Shown here: positions 51,800-64,000 of the stretch, in pieces
Numbering within the stretch: position 1 is the first letter of the stretch
Layout of the letters: each line of letters begins with the position of its first letter
Made by a program: the position numbers and the translations under genes
The notes under the pieces: generated by a model
What the model was told of the DNA's origin: nothing
Databases searched by the model: none
What the model saw: only the letters and a program-made list of their open reading frames with translations
Origin: Mustelus asterias
Taxonomy: Eukaryota
DNA length: 64,000 nt
NCBI RefSeq assembly: GCF_964213995.1
Contig: NW_027590293.1
Span: 1-64,000, forward strand
Direction: 5' to 3'

Positions 51800-52157
51800 T
51801 TCTTTTTTATTCATTCATGGGAAATGGGCATTGCTGGATGGCCAGCATTTATGGTCCAGTCCTTGTTGCCCTTGAACTGAGTGACTTGCGAGGCCATTTC
51901 AGAGGGAGTCACATGTAGGCCAGACCGGGTAAGGAGAGCAGATTTCCTTCCCTAAAGGGCATTAGTGAACCAGATGGGTTTTTTACGATAATCAACAATG
52001 GTTTTATGGTCATCAGTAAATTCTTAATTCCAGATTTTTTATTGAATTCAAATTCCACCAACTGATGTGGCAGGATTCGAAACCCGGTCCCCAAATCATT
52101 AGCTGAGTTTCTGGATTAATAGTTCAGCAATAATACCACCAGTCATCACCTCCCCTA
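51800..52157 (-). mobile_element. tRNA-derived SINE family B
   Basis: Same core and head as 63420. Confidence 0.7.
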
Positions 52158-52469
52158 GTTCAACATGGAGTGTAGGAGAACAAGTCAGGAGCAGCACTGG
52201 GCACCCTAAAACTGAGATTCCAACCTGGTTACTCTGTAACATGAGACTATAAACATGCTAAACAGCAGAAGCAGCATGTTCCAGGCAGGGCCAAGCGATC
52301 CCACAAACAACGGATCAGATCAAAGCTGCAGTCCCCCCACATCCAGTCGTGAATGGTGGGGGACAATTAAACAAATCACAGAGAGAGAAAGCTCCACAAA
52401 TATCACCATCCTCAATGATTGGGGCAACAGTGGATCAGTGCAAACAACTGTGATTTATCTTTTGTGATC

Positions 52470-52917
52470 GCCTGGTTTGGAGGGTAGGTCATATGAGGAA
52501 AGGTTGAGGGAGCTAGGGCTGTTCTCTCTGGAGCGGAGGAGGCTGAGGGGAGACTTAATAGAGGTGTATAAAATGATGAAGGGGATAGATAGAGTGAACG
52601 TTCAAAGGCTATTTCCTCGGGTGGATGGAGCTATTACAAGGGGGCATAACTATAGGGTTCGTGGTGGGAGATACAGGACGGATATCAGAGGTAGGTTCTT
52701 TACGCAGAGAGTGGTTGGGGTGTGGAATGGACTGCCTGCAGTGATAGTGGAGTCAGACACTTTAGAAACATTTAAGCGGTTATTGGATAGGCACATGGAG
52801 CACACCAGGATGATAGGGAGTGGGATAGCTTGATCTTGGTTTCAGATAAAGCTCGGCACAACATCGTGGGCCGAAGGGCCTGTTCTGTGCTGTACTGTTC
52901 TATGTTCTATGTTCTAT
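52470..52917 (+). mobile_element. Young CR1/HER1-like LINE 3' end
   Basis: ORF 52477-52833 nearly identical to the copy in ZNF-9; (gttctat)n tail. Confidence 0.9.
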
Positions 52918-53300
52918 CGCGGATGTGTTACTGATACCTTCCCTGGATTCCGATGCCAGGAAAGATGCTCTGGAAAGTATGGGGAGCTGGGACTTGCCCA
53001 GGAGAGTAACTGAAGGTCTGAGAACTGAAATAATATAGAGTTAGAAAGGAGAAAAGGCCACAGAAATGCAACAAGACATTGATTAATCTGTTCTTATCCT
53101 GGAGAAATGAAGATGCCGGCTTTGTGTCTTCAACAATATTAGTTCAGTTGACATTTATCCAGAGTATTAAACTCCAGCCCAGTTATAGCGATCACTAACA
53201 TCAGCAAAAACAAACTCCAACTGTCAGAATGAACACGGTTCAGTCCTGGATGTGATTAACAGCCGCAATAACAACAGAATCCAACCCCTGCAGACACTTG

Positions 53301-54270
53301 TCAATTTAGAAGATGGGTTGACTGAGTGAATCCCATCTCACACTCAGAGAAGGTGAATGGTCTCTCTCCATTGTGAGTGTGTTGGTGTCTCAGCAGGTGG
53401 GATGAGTGAGAAAATCCCTTCCCGCACTCAGAGCAAGTGAACGGTTTCTCCCCGGTGTGAATGTGCTGGTGTGTTCGCAGGTTGGATGAGCGAGTGAATC
53501 CCTTTCCACAGTCAGAGCAGGTGAACGGTCTCTCCCTGGTCTGAACTTGCTGGTGTCTCAGCAGAACACTTGAGGCCTTAAAGCTCTTCTCACATTCAGA
53601 ACATTTGAAAGGTTTCTTATCTGAGTGAACAAGTTGGTGTGATCTGAGGCTGGTTAAATAAATGAATCCTTTTCCACACAAGGAACAAGTGAATGACCTC
53701 TCCCCAGTGTGAACTCGCTGATGTTTCTGGAGGCTGGATAACAGAGTGAATCCCTTCCCACACACTGTACATCTGAATGGCCTCTCCTTGTTGTGAACTC
53801 GCTAGTGTATCAGCAGATCACTTGTGGTTTTATAACTCTTCTCACATTCGGAATATGTGAACCAGTCGGTGTGTAGCGAGGTGGGATGATCGTGTAAATC
53901 CCTTCCCACACACAGAGCAGGTGAACGGCCTTTCCCCAGTGTGAGTGCGTTTGTGTTCAATGAGATTCTGTGATCGCTTAAATAACTTCCCACAGTAAGA
54001 GCAGCAGAACTGTTTCTCGGTGTGAATAGATTGGTGCGTGACCAGGTCCTCAGGGCTTTTAGAGTTGGGATCACCGTCAGCATGGTTAAAAAGCCTCTCT
54101 TCAATGTGAACTTGCTGGTGGGCCAGCAGGTGGGATGACTGAATGAATCCTTTCCCGCACATGGAGCAGGTGAATGGTCTCTCCCCAGTGTGACTGCGCT
54201 GATGCATTTCCAGCAGCGATGGGTAACTGAATCCCTTCCCACAGTCCCCACATTTCCATGGTTTCTCCAT
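53301..54270 (-). pseudogene. ZNF-10 pseudogene (about 11 fingers)
   Basis: MEKPWKC start; frameshift at ~53850, TAG at 53802-53804, degenerate third finger, truncated last finger. Confidence 0.85.
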
Positions 54271-55734
54271 GGTGCAGGTGTTCTTGTCTGGTCAAGCCTT
54301 GTCCACACACAACATGTGTATTGCTTCGAAGTAAGGCTATTAAGGGTTATGGGACAAGGCAGAAAATTTGATTGTCATATCATATCAGCCGTGATCTCAT
54401 TGAATGGAGGAGCAGACTCAATGAGTCCAATGGCCTAATTCTGATCCTAGTTCTCATGGTCTTATTGTTCTCTGCTGTGAATGGTGTGATGTTTTTTTCA
54501 GGCTGTGTAACTGGTCAAAGCTCTTTCCAGTCAGTTCACTCTCACTCAGGTCTGTGTCTCGGTGCTTTTCCAGTCACACTCATGTTTGAAATTGTTCCCC
54601 ACCGCCAGAACAGACAAACATTTCTCCTTCCACATTTAAAGGTCGATGATATTCAGTTTCTGATGAATTGAGTGACTCTGTCAGATCTTGATGTAATGTT
54701 TGGTTTCAGTTTCCCATCTGCAATTCATCGTCCTCGTGGACCTTGTAAAAGACATTGACAGAGTCAGTATCACTGCCAGCACAGGACAGAAATTCACAAC
54801 AAACAATTCTAGTTTCCACGGAATATTATTTCAAATCTTGTTTCCCCAAATCTTGTGAACCAATCGAACTTCCATCTGAACTAAACCAGAACTTTGTTTC
54901 CAGTGTTTGTGAGACACTCTGTACCCTGAGTTGTGGAAGATATCGAGTGTTCCAGTCGACACTGTCTGCTCCCTCTCCAGGACCACACGAGCACGGACAA
55001 GAAAGTTAAAGTTTATTTTTATTAGTCACAAGTAAGGCTGACAGTAACACTGTAATGAAGTTACTGTGAAACCACAGAAGAGGGGCCCACAGCCAAGTTA
55101 CCCTCTGCTGAACTACAAATTACTGTTTTAACCAGCCCCAAGAACAGGTCCAGGAAAAGATCCTCTGACCTCCCCAGTCTCCTCCACACTGGGCAGCCAA
55201 CGAACAGGAGCGTGGGGCAGAACAGAAGTATAACTAAAAGTGGAGAAGCAGCTCATTCAGGGGCTGCAACCTCTCACACTGAATATGTACATGGCTCACG
55301 GATTTCTCGAGGCTGCAAATTAATTTAAAGAGGAAAAAACAGTGATAAACACAAAGGCAGGTTGTGAAATTGAGCTGAATGAATCTGGTCATTTGTGGAG
55401 CCGGCACAAGGAAGAAGTGACTCCGGAAGCTGCTGGATTGTGATTAAAAACCCAAATGGTTTGTTAATGTCCTTCAATGCAGGAAACCTGTCACCCATCC
55501 AGATCGACACAAAAATTCAGCCTCAATGGGAGGAGAAAGATAGAGATGAAACAGGGAGGGAATGAACGGTAAGGACTTTATACATCCACAACTGGACAAG
55601 AACTGACAGAACCTGCCAAACCACAACCTTCACCAACTCAAAGGATGCAGGAAAATTCACCTCCAAATGTCGTTTTCAATCTCAAGTCTCAAAACAACTT
55701 GTAATCCTGAGGTAACCTGTATCCTCCTGCATTT

Positions 55735-55935
55735 AAGGGGCAATTTAGCATAGCTAATCCACCTAACCTGTACACCTTTGGGGTGTGGGAGGAAACCGGA
55801 GCACCTGAAGGAAACTCATGCAGTCACAGAGAGAACGTGCAAACTCCACACAGACAGTCACCCAAAGCTGGAATCGAACCCGGGTCCCTGGTGCTGTGAG
55901 ACAGCAGTGCTGACCACTGTGCCACCCTGTGCCAC
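55735..55935 (-). mobile_element. HE1-like SINE 5' half
   Basis: Head and V-domain. Confidence 0.75.
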
Positions 55936-56167
55936 TGTACTGCGTTGCTCGGAAATAAGTTTTAGAATTTTGGCCGAGTGATAGCGAAGGCAAAGCAGTA
56001 AACTACCAAGTCAGAATAGTGCGTGATTCTGAAGAGTAAATGCAGGTAGTGGGGTTTCTGTGCACAAACTGCCCTTATCCATGTTGGAGGAGAGGTTTGT
56101 AGTTTTGGAAGGTGCTGTCAAAGGAGGTTTAGCCAATTGCTGGTAATTCTAGTAATGTCCATGTTCC

Positions 56168-56230
56168 AGTTGTGAACTCGCTGGTGCCTCAGCAGAGTGG
56201 ATGAACGACTGAATCCGTTCCCACACACTG
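56168..56230 (-). pseudogene. Isolated single zinc-finger remnant
   Basis: Reverse complement encodes VCGNGFSRSSTLLRHQRVH. Confidence 0.6.
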
Positions 56231-56771
56231 AAAAATTTGAAATTTTTCTAAATGTAAATTTAATGAAAATCCCCGACAGAACTACTTTTTCCTTACTTGA
56301 AACACAGCTTTAAATGGTCCGTTTGTTTCTAGAGTCGGTTCCATGAGCAACGCCTTCAACTAAACAAAATCGAAACACTGCAGCTGCTGGAAATCTGAAA
56401 TGAAAAGAGAAAACGTTGTAAATACTCATCAGGTTAGACAGCATCAATGGAGACAGAAACAGAATTAATGTTTGCAGTCACTGATGCTCCTCGAATAAAA
56501 CACAGACCAATAGCTGCTGTTTAATGGGGCCATGGATCCTACAATCCCATGTGCCCCAGAAACCACTCTATCCATCACACACATTTCCCATTATGACATT
56601 TCTGTGTCAAGAGGATGCGCTGTTTAAAAGTTGTCAAGTTCCATTTTTGCGTGTTCATGTTCATGAAAGATACAGTTCGACTTCCCCCTCATTATGTATC
56701 AATTTCAGATACTTCGGTTGAGAATTTCCATTCCCCCACTTTCTGTTGGATAATGAATGCCTTGAGTACTT

Positions 56772-57097
56772 AGAAATCATAGAAACCCTACAGTGCAGAA
56801 AGAGGCCATTCAGCCCATCGAGTCTGCACCAACCACAATCCTACCCAGGCCCTACCCCCATATTCCTACATATTTTACCCGCTAATCCCTCTAACCTACG
56901 CATCTCAGGACACTAACGGGCAATTTTTAGAATGGCCAATCATCCTAACCTGCACATCTTTGGACTGTGGGAAGAAACCCACACAGACACGAGGAGAATG
57001 TGCAAACTCCACACAGACAGTGACCCGATCCGGGATTCGAACCCAGGTCCATTGGAGCTGTGAAGCAGCAGTGCTAACCACTGTGCTATTGTGCCGC
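56772..57097 (-). mobile_element. HE1-like SINE
   Basis: Head, V-domain, tttctatga tail. Confidence 0.85.
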
Positions 57098-57259
57098 ATA
57101 GGTTACAGTATAATTTGATTCCTAATGTTATTGACTGCACCCGTATCCCTAATTTTCACATCGCAGCAGAAAAGGCTCACCGTTCCTAAATGAGGAATTT
57201 CTATGGCGTGCGCTTTACCCAACATTCCTCGCGGTGGGGAATGTTCCCTATCCACAGCA

Positions 57260-57630
57260 CGGGAGAGAGGTGCACATGCGCAGTCAGGCCGTGTTTGGCG
57301 CATGTGCAGCGTGGATGATGGCAATGGGGAGAGACGTTCCTCTGTCTCATCAGCAACCGGTAAGGATGCGTAGACATGGAGGGAGGATTGGAACCGGCAG
57401 ATGGACGGAGAGGGTTTCTAAATATCTGGTGAAGGTCTCAAACCTCTAATAGTAATCCGCAAGTCCCGTGTTTGCAGCTTCAGGTCTTTTTCTCGAGACG
57501 AGACTCAGGTTAACAGCCGCCATCTTGATTTAGCAGGGAGCAGAGCGCATGCGCTGGTGTCTTGGTGACGCAACAGTGAGTGGGCGGGGCTTCGGCGTTT
57601 TCTGCTCCCAACCGGGTCCTAGTGACCGGA
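57260..57630. promoter_or_regulatory. CpG-rich promoter P6 between divergent ZNF-10 and ZNF-11
   Basis: gcacatgcgcag ~57272, GCCGCCATCTT 57516-57526, GCGCATGCGC 57545-57554, gggcgggg ~57582. Confidence 0.75.
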
Positions 57631-58457
57631 AAGCATTGAAAACTGAGCAACAGGTTTTCAACACCCACTCCTAGGGAAAAATGGAGTATGAAAGTAAGCT
57701 GGCAGGGACATAAAAACTGACTGTAAAAATTTCTATAGATATATAAAGAGAAAATGATTGACAAAATGTTAGAAATGGGAGAATTCATCACGGGGAATAA
57801 AGGGCCGAAGGGCCTGTTCCTGTGCTGTATTGTTCTTTGTTTGAGGGCCGAAGGGCCTGTACTGCGCTGTAATGTTCTATGTTCTGTGTTCTATGGATCT
57901 GTCAATCAGCCTCAACCAGCACCTTCAGGAGAATTGGGAGGGTGAATATTAGATACAGCAGAGTGAGAATGGAGGGAGAGTGTGTGGGATGGAGATTCAC
58001 AGCTTTTGGGGAATGAGAGAGGAAAGAATGTTCCAGAGAAACTAGAATTGTCCTGAATTTCTATCCTGTGCTGACACTGATCACTTTTGTAAATTCTTTT
58101 TACAGGATATTGGAAGGGGAGGATTTGCAGACAAATTTCAAACCAAACGTCACATCAACATCTGACATCCTCACTCAATTCATCGGGACCTGAATATTTC
58201 GACCTTTGTTTCTCAAAGGAGAAATGTTTCTCTGTTCTGTGCTTCAAAAACTTTAATCATTTGTGTGACTTGAAAAGCACCGAGACACATACACAGCTGA
58301 GTGAGAGTGTTCCAGTGCACTGAGTGTGGAAAGAGCTTTAACCAGTTACATTGCCTGAAAATACATCGCAGCATTCACAGTGGGAGAGACTGTACCTGTG
58401 TTCTGTGTGAGATTTAACTGATTGTTTAACCTGGAGAGTCACAAGGACACCTGCACC

Positions 58458-59192
58458 ATGGAGAAACCGTGGAAATGTGGGGACTGTGGGAAGGGATTCA
58501 TTTCCCCATCTCAGCTGGAAGCTCATCGACGCAGTCACACTGGGGAGAGACCATTCACTTGCTGTGTGTGTGGCAAGGGATTCAGTCAGTTATCGAATCT
58601 GCGGACACACCAGCGAGTTCACACTGGGGAGAGGCCGTTCACCTGCTCTCAGTGTGGGGAGGGATTCACTCGGTTATCCAGCCTGCAGACTCATCAGCGA
58701 GTTCACACTGGGGAGAGGCCATTCACCTGCTCTCAGTGTGGGAAGAGATTCACTCAGACATCCCACCTGCAAACGCACCAGCGAGTTCACACTGGGGAGA
58801 GACCGTTCACCTGCTCTGTGTGTAGGAAGGGATTCACTGACTTATCCAGCCTGCGGGGACACCAGCGAATTCACACTGGGGAGAGACCATTCACCTGCTC
58901 TCAGTGTGGGGACGGATTCACTCAGTCATCCGCCCTGCGGAGACACCAGCGAGTTCACACTGGGGAGAAGCTGTTCACTTGCTCTCAGTGTTTAAAGGGA
59001 TTCACTCAATTATCCCACCTGCAGACACACCAGCGAGTTCACACTGGGGAGAGGCCATTCACCTGCTCTCAGTGTGGGAAGGGATTCACTCAGTCATCCA
59101 GCCTGCGGAGACACCAGCGAGTTCACACTGGGGGAGGCCATTCATCTGCTCTCAGTGTGGGAAGAGTTTCAGAACTTCATCCCACCTGCTGA
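58458..59192 (+). CDS. Tandem C2H2 zinc-finger protein ZNF-11, 8 fingers plus a ninth lost by frameshift (paralog of ZNF-4)
   Basis: accATGg MEKPWKC start; last linker reads actgggggaggcca (2 nt short), ninth finger ends at 59215 in another frame. Confidence 0.8.
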   Translation: MEKPWKCGDCGKGFISPSQLEAHRRSHTGERPFTCCVCGKGFSQLSNLRTHQRVHTGERPFTCSQCGEGFTRLSSLQTHQRVHTGERPFTCSQCGKRFTQTSHLQTHQRVHTGERPFTCSVCRKGFTDLSSLRGHQRIHTGERPFTCSQCGDGFTQSSALRRHQRVHTGEKLFTCSQCLKGFTQLSHLQTHQRVHTGERPFTCSQCGKGFTQSSSLRRHQRVHTGGGHSSALSVGRVSELHPTC

Positions 59193-60619
59193 GACACCAA
59201 CCAATTCACAAATGATTCCAGGGGTTGGATTCTGCTGTCATTGTTTCTGCTCTCAGTTACATCCAGGACTGCATTTTGTTCATTTTCCCAGTTGGTCAAT
59301 GGGGAGGGTCGGAGGGGTTCTTTCTGCTGGACTGGCCGGTCTCACGACTTTGCCTCCAGTGGGCTGAGTCTTGTTGCGAATACCTGGTTTCAAATTTCAC
59401 ACGGATCACAGAGTGACCGGGCGATCGGAAGTTAAGACATGTTGAGTCAGCATTTCTAATTGAAACACCGCCTGAATGCCAATCGAATTTCCTTTGCAAT
59501 AGTTTGTTGTCTCCACTTCCTCCACCCTCGTAGGCAGCGAGTTCCAGAACATTACCATTCGCTGCATCAAAATATTCTCCCTCACATTCCCCCCCCTGCA
59601 TCTCTGACCCAAAACCTTAAATCTGTGTCCCCCTCGTCCTTGTCTCATCAGCTAATGGGAACAGCTTTTTTTTGTCCACCTTATCTAAACCTGTCAGAAT
59701 CTTGTCCACCTCTATCAAATCTCCCTCAACCTCCTTTGTTCCAAGGAGAACCCCAGCCTGACATTGACAATAAGGAACAAACTAATAGAATATGTTAATG
59801 CCTGAAATCAAATGGGAATGTTTAATTTCTGATTTAAAGATATTGTGAATATATTGTCCTGGACAATCAAGGAATTTGAACAACTCACCTTGGGTGTGGT
59901 TGAATGGAATAGACAATCTGGTATCCACCTTCATTCTGGTGATAGTATGGAATGTGTAGCTGGAAATCCCTCTCTAACAGGACTGTGGGTGTACTTACAC
60001 CTCAGGCATTGTAGCAGTTCAAGAAGGCAGTGTTGGGGTTGACAATGGCCGAGGCAGCTACATACAGCCACATATTCTGTTATAATTGAAGGACTGCAGA
60101 TTGAATATGAAGCATTATGGGACTGGACTATCTTGACCACATTCCTGTGGCTGCTCAGTTTCTGCAATCACGGACCATTAAAGCTGCTTAGCAGGGCCCC
60201 GATAGAGGACGTGGTGGGAATATTTACTCAGAATGAGTTAGAATTAAACTTATTCCAAAACACCGGCTGGTGTTCAGCAGCTGATATACCCGAATTTGTA
60301 AAAAGAGGGTCTGACCAATCAACAAACCATGGTAGGGAGTCGGTTAAGAAGTGAAGAAGCGTTCTCAGGCATTGTTTAAATTATTTCATCATAAATTTGT
60401 GATAAGAACTGTGAGGGACTTGTGACCCGATAGTCGGCGAGGTGACGGTATACTCCAAGTAGCACTGGACTGAAAAGCAGACCTCTGAGCGTAGATTATA
60501 ATGGTTATAATCCTACCCAAGCATGGTCAGTGAAAAATCAGAGCTCAAGTGGGGACCGGAGAGGTCTCTTACCTGCCATTTGGAAACTAAGAACAAGAAA
60601 CATATTGATAAAATAATTA

Positions 60620-60795
60620 GAGAATAGAGCCAACGTTTTGAGTCTGAATGACACTTCGTAAGAGCTCTTATGAAGGGACATCTTGATTCGAAATATTGGC
60701 TCTATTCTCTCTCCACAGATGCTATCAGACCCGCTGAGATTTTCCAGCATTTTCTGGGTTTTTTTCAGATTCCAGCATCCACAGTATTTCACTTT
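60620..60795. repeat. Palindromic repeat family P
   Basis: agagccaacgttttgagtctgaatgacacttcgtaagag|ctcttatgaagggacatcttgattcgaaatattggctct, symmetric about aagagctctt. Confidence 0.75.
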
Positions 60796-61249
60796 TATGA
60801 TAAAATGATTTGGTCTGATTGGGATCCCCACGACCCTCCCGCGTTGTTCTGACTCTACCAGCTGGGCTGTGGAATTAATTGGATAGATCTTCCAGAGAGC
60901 CAGCACAGACTTAATGGGCCAAATGATTTCTATTTATGCTGTATCATTCTCTAAAACAGTGAATATTCAGTATCAGGGACAGAGAGAAGAACCAGTGACT
61001 GTGTGATTGAACCCAGCCAGAATCAGCACCATAAAGGGAGGAGTGAGAGGGAAACGGTGTGAAAGCTTTGAAACCATTGCATGGTCCTGCAGCAGAACTT
61101 TGAGAAATGGAGCACAGGAGATCACCAATTCTCAATATTTCATTAATTTACCTCAAATGCGAACAATGTTATTATGAATTAATTGTATGAGGTTTCAATG
61201 GCGGTTATTACCCAGCATTCGCTGCGGGTGTGAAAGTGCCCTACTCACT

Positions 61250-61600
61250 CCACAGGAGCCCAGTGCGCAGGCGCAGCGTTGTATCTGGGGCATGCGCAGT
61301 GTCACTTTGCTCGGAGCCCTGCGAGTGCGGGAGACGCTTGTTTCAAGGGGTGAGAATCGGTGGGGCGGCGGAGGAATGGAGCCGGGAGTCGGGGTGGGGA
61401 GGAAACAGAGGCTTCACAAACATCTGCTGTAGGCCGCAAGGCCTGAATAAGAGCCTTCCGGTCCCGGGTTTGCAGCTCCGGGGATTTTATCCGGGATCAG
61501 GCCCAGTGCCGCGGCCGCCATCTTTGTTTAGAGGTGAGCAGAGCGCATGCGCGGCCAGTGGGCGGAGCTTCAGGATTTGGGTGACCAGGAGAGACAATGT
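61250..61600. promoter_or_regulatory. CpG-rich promoter P7 (NRF1 + YY1 module), probably for a ZNF gene beyond the window end
   Basis: tgcgcaggcgca, gcatgcgcag, GCCGCCATCTT 61515-61525, GCGCATGCGC 61543-61552, gggcggag; candidate exon ~62739-62841 and ZNF intron module gcaccttcaggagaattggg at ~63950. Confidence 0.7.
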
Positions 61601-62271
61601 TTGAGTCATTGACTGACAGGCCGGGTTCATGGATGCTGCCTTTCCCGGGGGAAGGTGCTGCAGGGGGAATGTGCGGCCATTCGAAGAACAGAACAAAAAC
61701 ATGATCAAAATTAGGAGCAGGAGGAGGCATCTAGACCCATCGAGGCTGCTCTGCCATTCAGTAAACACATGGCTTAACTCAATTTTCCTCCAGCCCCAAC
61801 CTCTCTAACTCGTCACCTCCTGGTCGGTAAAATTGTATATAACACAGCTTTAAATATACTCAATAAGCCGGCCTCTATTGTTCAATGAGGGAGAGAACTT
61901 CACAGCTTACTGAACTTCTGAGAGAAGCAATTTCTCCTCATCTCTGTCTTAGATCATTATTTTTAAATTGTTCTCGCAGTTCCAGATTCCCTGTTGAGGG
62001 GTAAACCCTTTCAGCATTCACTCTGTCAAGCACCCTCAGAATCTCATATGTTTCAGTAAGATCTCATCTCATTGATCTAAAATCCAATGAGCAGAGGGTG
62101 TACCCTGCCTAACCTTTCCTCATAAAACAGACCCCTTCATGCCCAAAATCAGCGAGTGAACCTTGTCTGAATTGCTTCCAATGTAAGTATATTCCATCTT
62201 AAGTAATCTTATGCGAGAAAACAGGAGGGGAGAATGTTATGGATTTATATTCAGGACTGACAAATGACTGT

Positions 62272-62620
62272 TGGGGGTGACACAGTGGTTAGCACTTCTG
62301 TCTCATAGCGCCAGAGACCCGGTTCAATTCCAGCCTCGGGTGATTGTCTGTATGGAGTTTGCACATTCTCCCTCTGTCCATGTGGGTTTCCTCTGGGTGC
62401 TCTGGTTTCCTCCCACACTCCAAAGATGTGCAGGTTAGGTTGATCGACAGTGCTAAATTGTCCCTTTGTGTCCCAAGATGAGGGGGAAGGAAAGGGGAGG
62501 ATTAGTGATGTACGTATATCAGGTTACAGGGATAGGGCCTGAGTAAAGGTGCTCTGTTAGAAACTTGGTGCAGACTCAATGGCCTAAAAGGCCTCCTTCT
62601 GCACTACAGAAATTCTGTGA
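62272..62620 (+). mobile_element. HE1-like SINE
   Basis: Head, V-domain, tail. Confidence 0.8.
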
Positions 62621-63419
62621 TTTTGGAATCTCCTTGGTTAGAAGAAGAGGTTTTTCAAGCAATCTCAAACCCCCAAAAAATGTGTATCTCTTAATTTCAA
62701 GCCACAATTAACACATGACTCTTGTAATCTTTTGCAGGGAGTTAGAATATTTGAAGATTGCAATTTTTCTCTGATTCCAGTGCTTCTGACATCTTTCCAG
62801 CCGCAGGTTTTAAATTAGAAAACAGTGAAATTGTTTCAGAGGTGAGTATTGTTGAACATTTACCTATAATTTTGAATTTTCGTGCTGTGCTCTGTTATCT
62901 GTACTCTGGTTCCACGTCTCTGGGGCTGGTGTGACTCCGTTACTGTGGATCTGAATCCATGTCCATCCATTGCTTTGTTTCAGCTCTGCCCTCCCTGATC
63001 ACCTCTCTGTCATTGTCAGTTCAGAGAAGGATCTGCAGGCTGATACCTGGGATGAAGGTGTTGTTCTGTGAGGAAAGGTTGGGCCTGTACTGACTGGAGT
63101 TTAGAGGTGACCATAGTATTGACATCAGATTGTGAGGTAGTGATTAGTATAGATGAAGAGAGGATGTTTCCAATGTTGGGGATTCCAGAATTAGTCGGCA
63201 GATTGTCAAAATAAAGGCTCCCCCATTTCTGATGGCGATGAGGAGAAATGTCTTCCCTCAGAGGGCCGTTAGTCTTTGCAATTCTCTTCCCCAAAGAGCA
63301 GTGGAGGCTGCATCATTAAATATACTCAAAATACAGAGATTTTTGATCGAAAAGGGAGTCAAGGGTGACAGGAAGAAAAGTGGAGTTAAGATCACAATCA
63401 GATCAGCCATGACCTTGAT

Positions 63420-63860
63420 GGGGAGACGATGGCCTTGTGGTATTATTGCTGGACTATTAATTCAGAAACTCAGCTAATGTTCTGGGGAACCGGGTTTGAA
63501 TCCTGTCATAGAATCATAGAAATCCTACAGTACAGAAGGAGGCCATTCAGCCCATCGAGTCTGCACCGACAACAATCCCACCCCATAGCAGCTGGCGGAA
63601 TTTGAATTCAATTAAAAATATCTGGAATTAAGAAATTACTGATGACCATGAAACCCTTGTCGATTGTCGGAAAAACCTATCTGGTTCACTGATGTCCTTC
63701 AGGGAATGAAATCTGCCATCCTTAACTGGTCTGGCCTTCATGTGACTCCAAAGCCACCACAATGTGGTTGACTCTCAACTGCCCTTCAAGGGCAACGAGG
63801 GATGGGTAATAAATGCTGGCCAGCCAGCAACATCCATGTCCCATGAATTAATTTTTAAAA
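63420..63860 (+). mobile_element. tRNA-derived SINE family B, full length, with HE1 tail nested at ~63512-63582
   Basis: A-box tggccttgtgg, B-box gggtttgaatcc; nested piece flanked by catag on both sides. Confidence 0.75.
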
Positions 63861-64000
63861 TTCAATTGAGCAGCTTGGTGGGCTGAATTTCTAACTATTT
63901 CTTATGATCTGTCAGGAACATGAAATGGTGAGTGTCGATCAGCATTAATTAGCACCTTCAGGAGAATTGGGTAGTTTATATTATAGAACTCATAGAAACC

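Overview
Eukaryotic vertebrate DNA, almost certainly from an elasmobranch (shark/ray), inferred from abundant HE1-type V-SINEs with CR1/HER1-type LINE tails, a Deu-domain SINE and Penelope-like elements. The window is a dense cluster of about 11 tandem C2H2 zinc-finger loci whose finger arrays each sit in one terminal exon. No KRAB/SCAN/BTB domain is visible. About five look intact or nearly so; the rest are pseudogenes or doubtful. The loci are mostly head-to-head pairs around short CpG-rich promoters built from recurring NRF1, YY1, CRE, CCAAT and GC-box motifs. Notable extras are minisatellites next to promoters that multimerise single TF-site motifs (CRE x12, ACCACA x~10), fossil fingers upstream of the current start codons, and hammerhead-ribozyme-like cores in Penelope repeats and in a short palindromic repeat family. 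There is also a GIY-YIG Penelope insertion with a 12-bp TSD and an empty paralogous site, a Penelope-linked local inverted duplication, and an internally deleted Copia (GalEa-like) LTR element. All calls are by eye; repeat boundaries are approximate and family names come from remembered consensus features, not searches.
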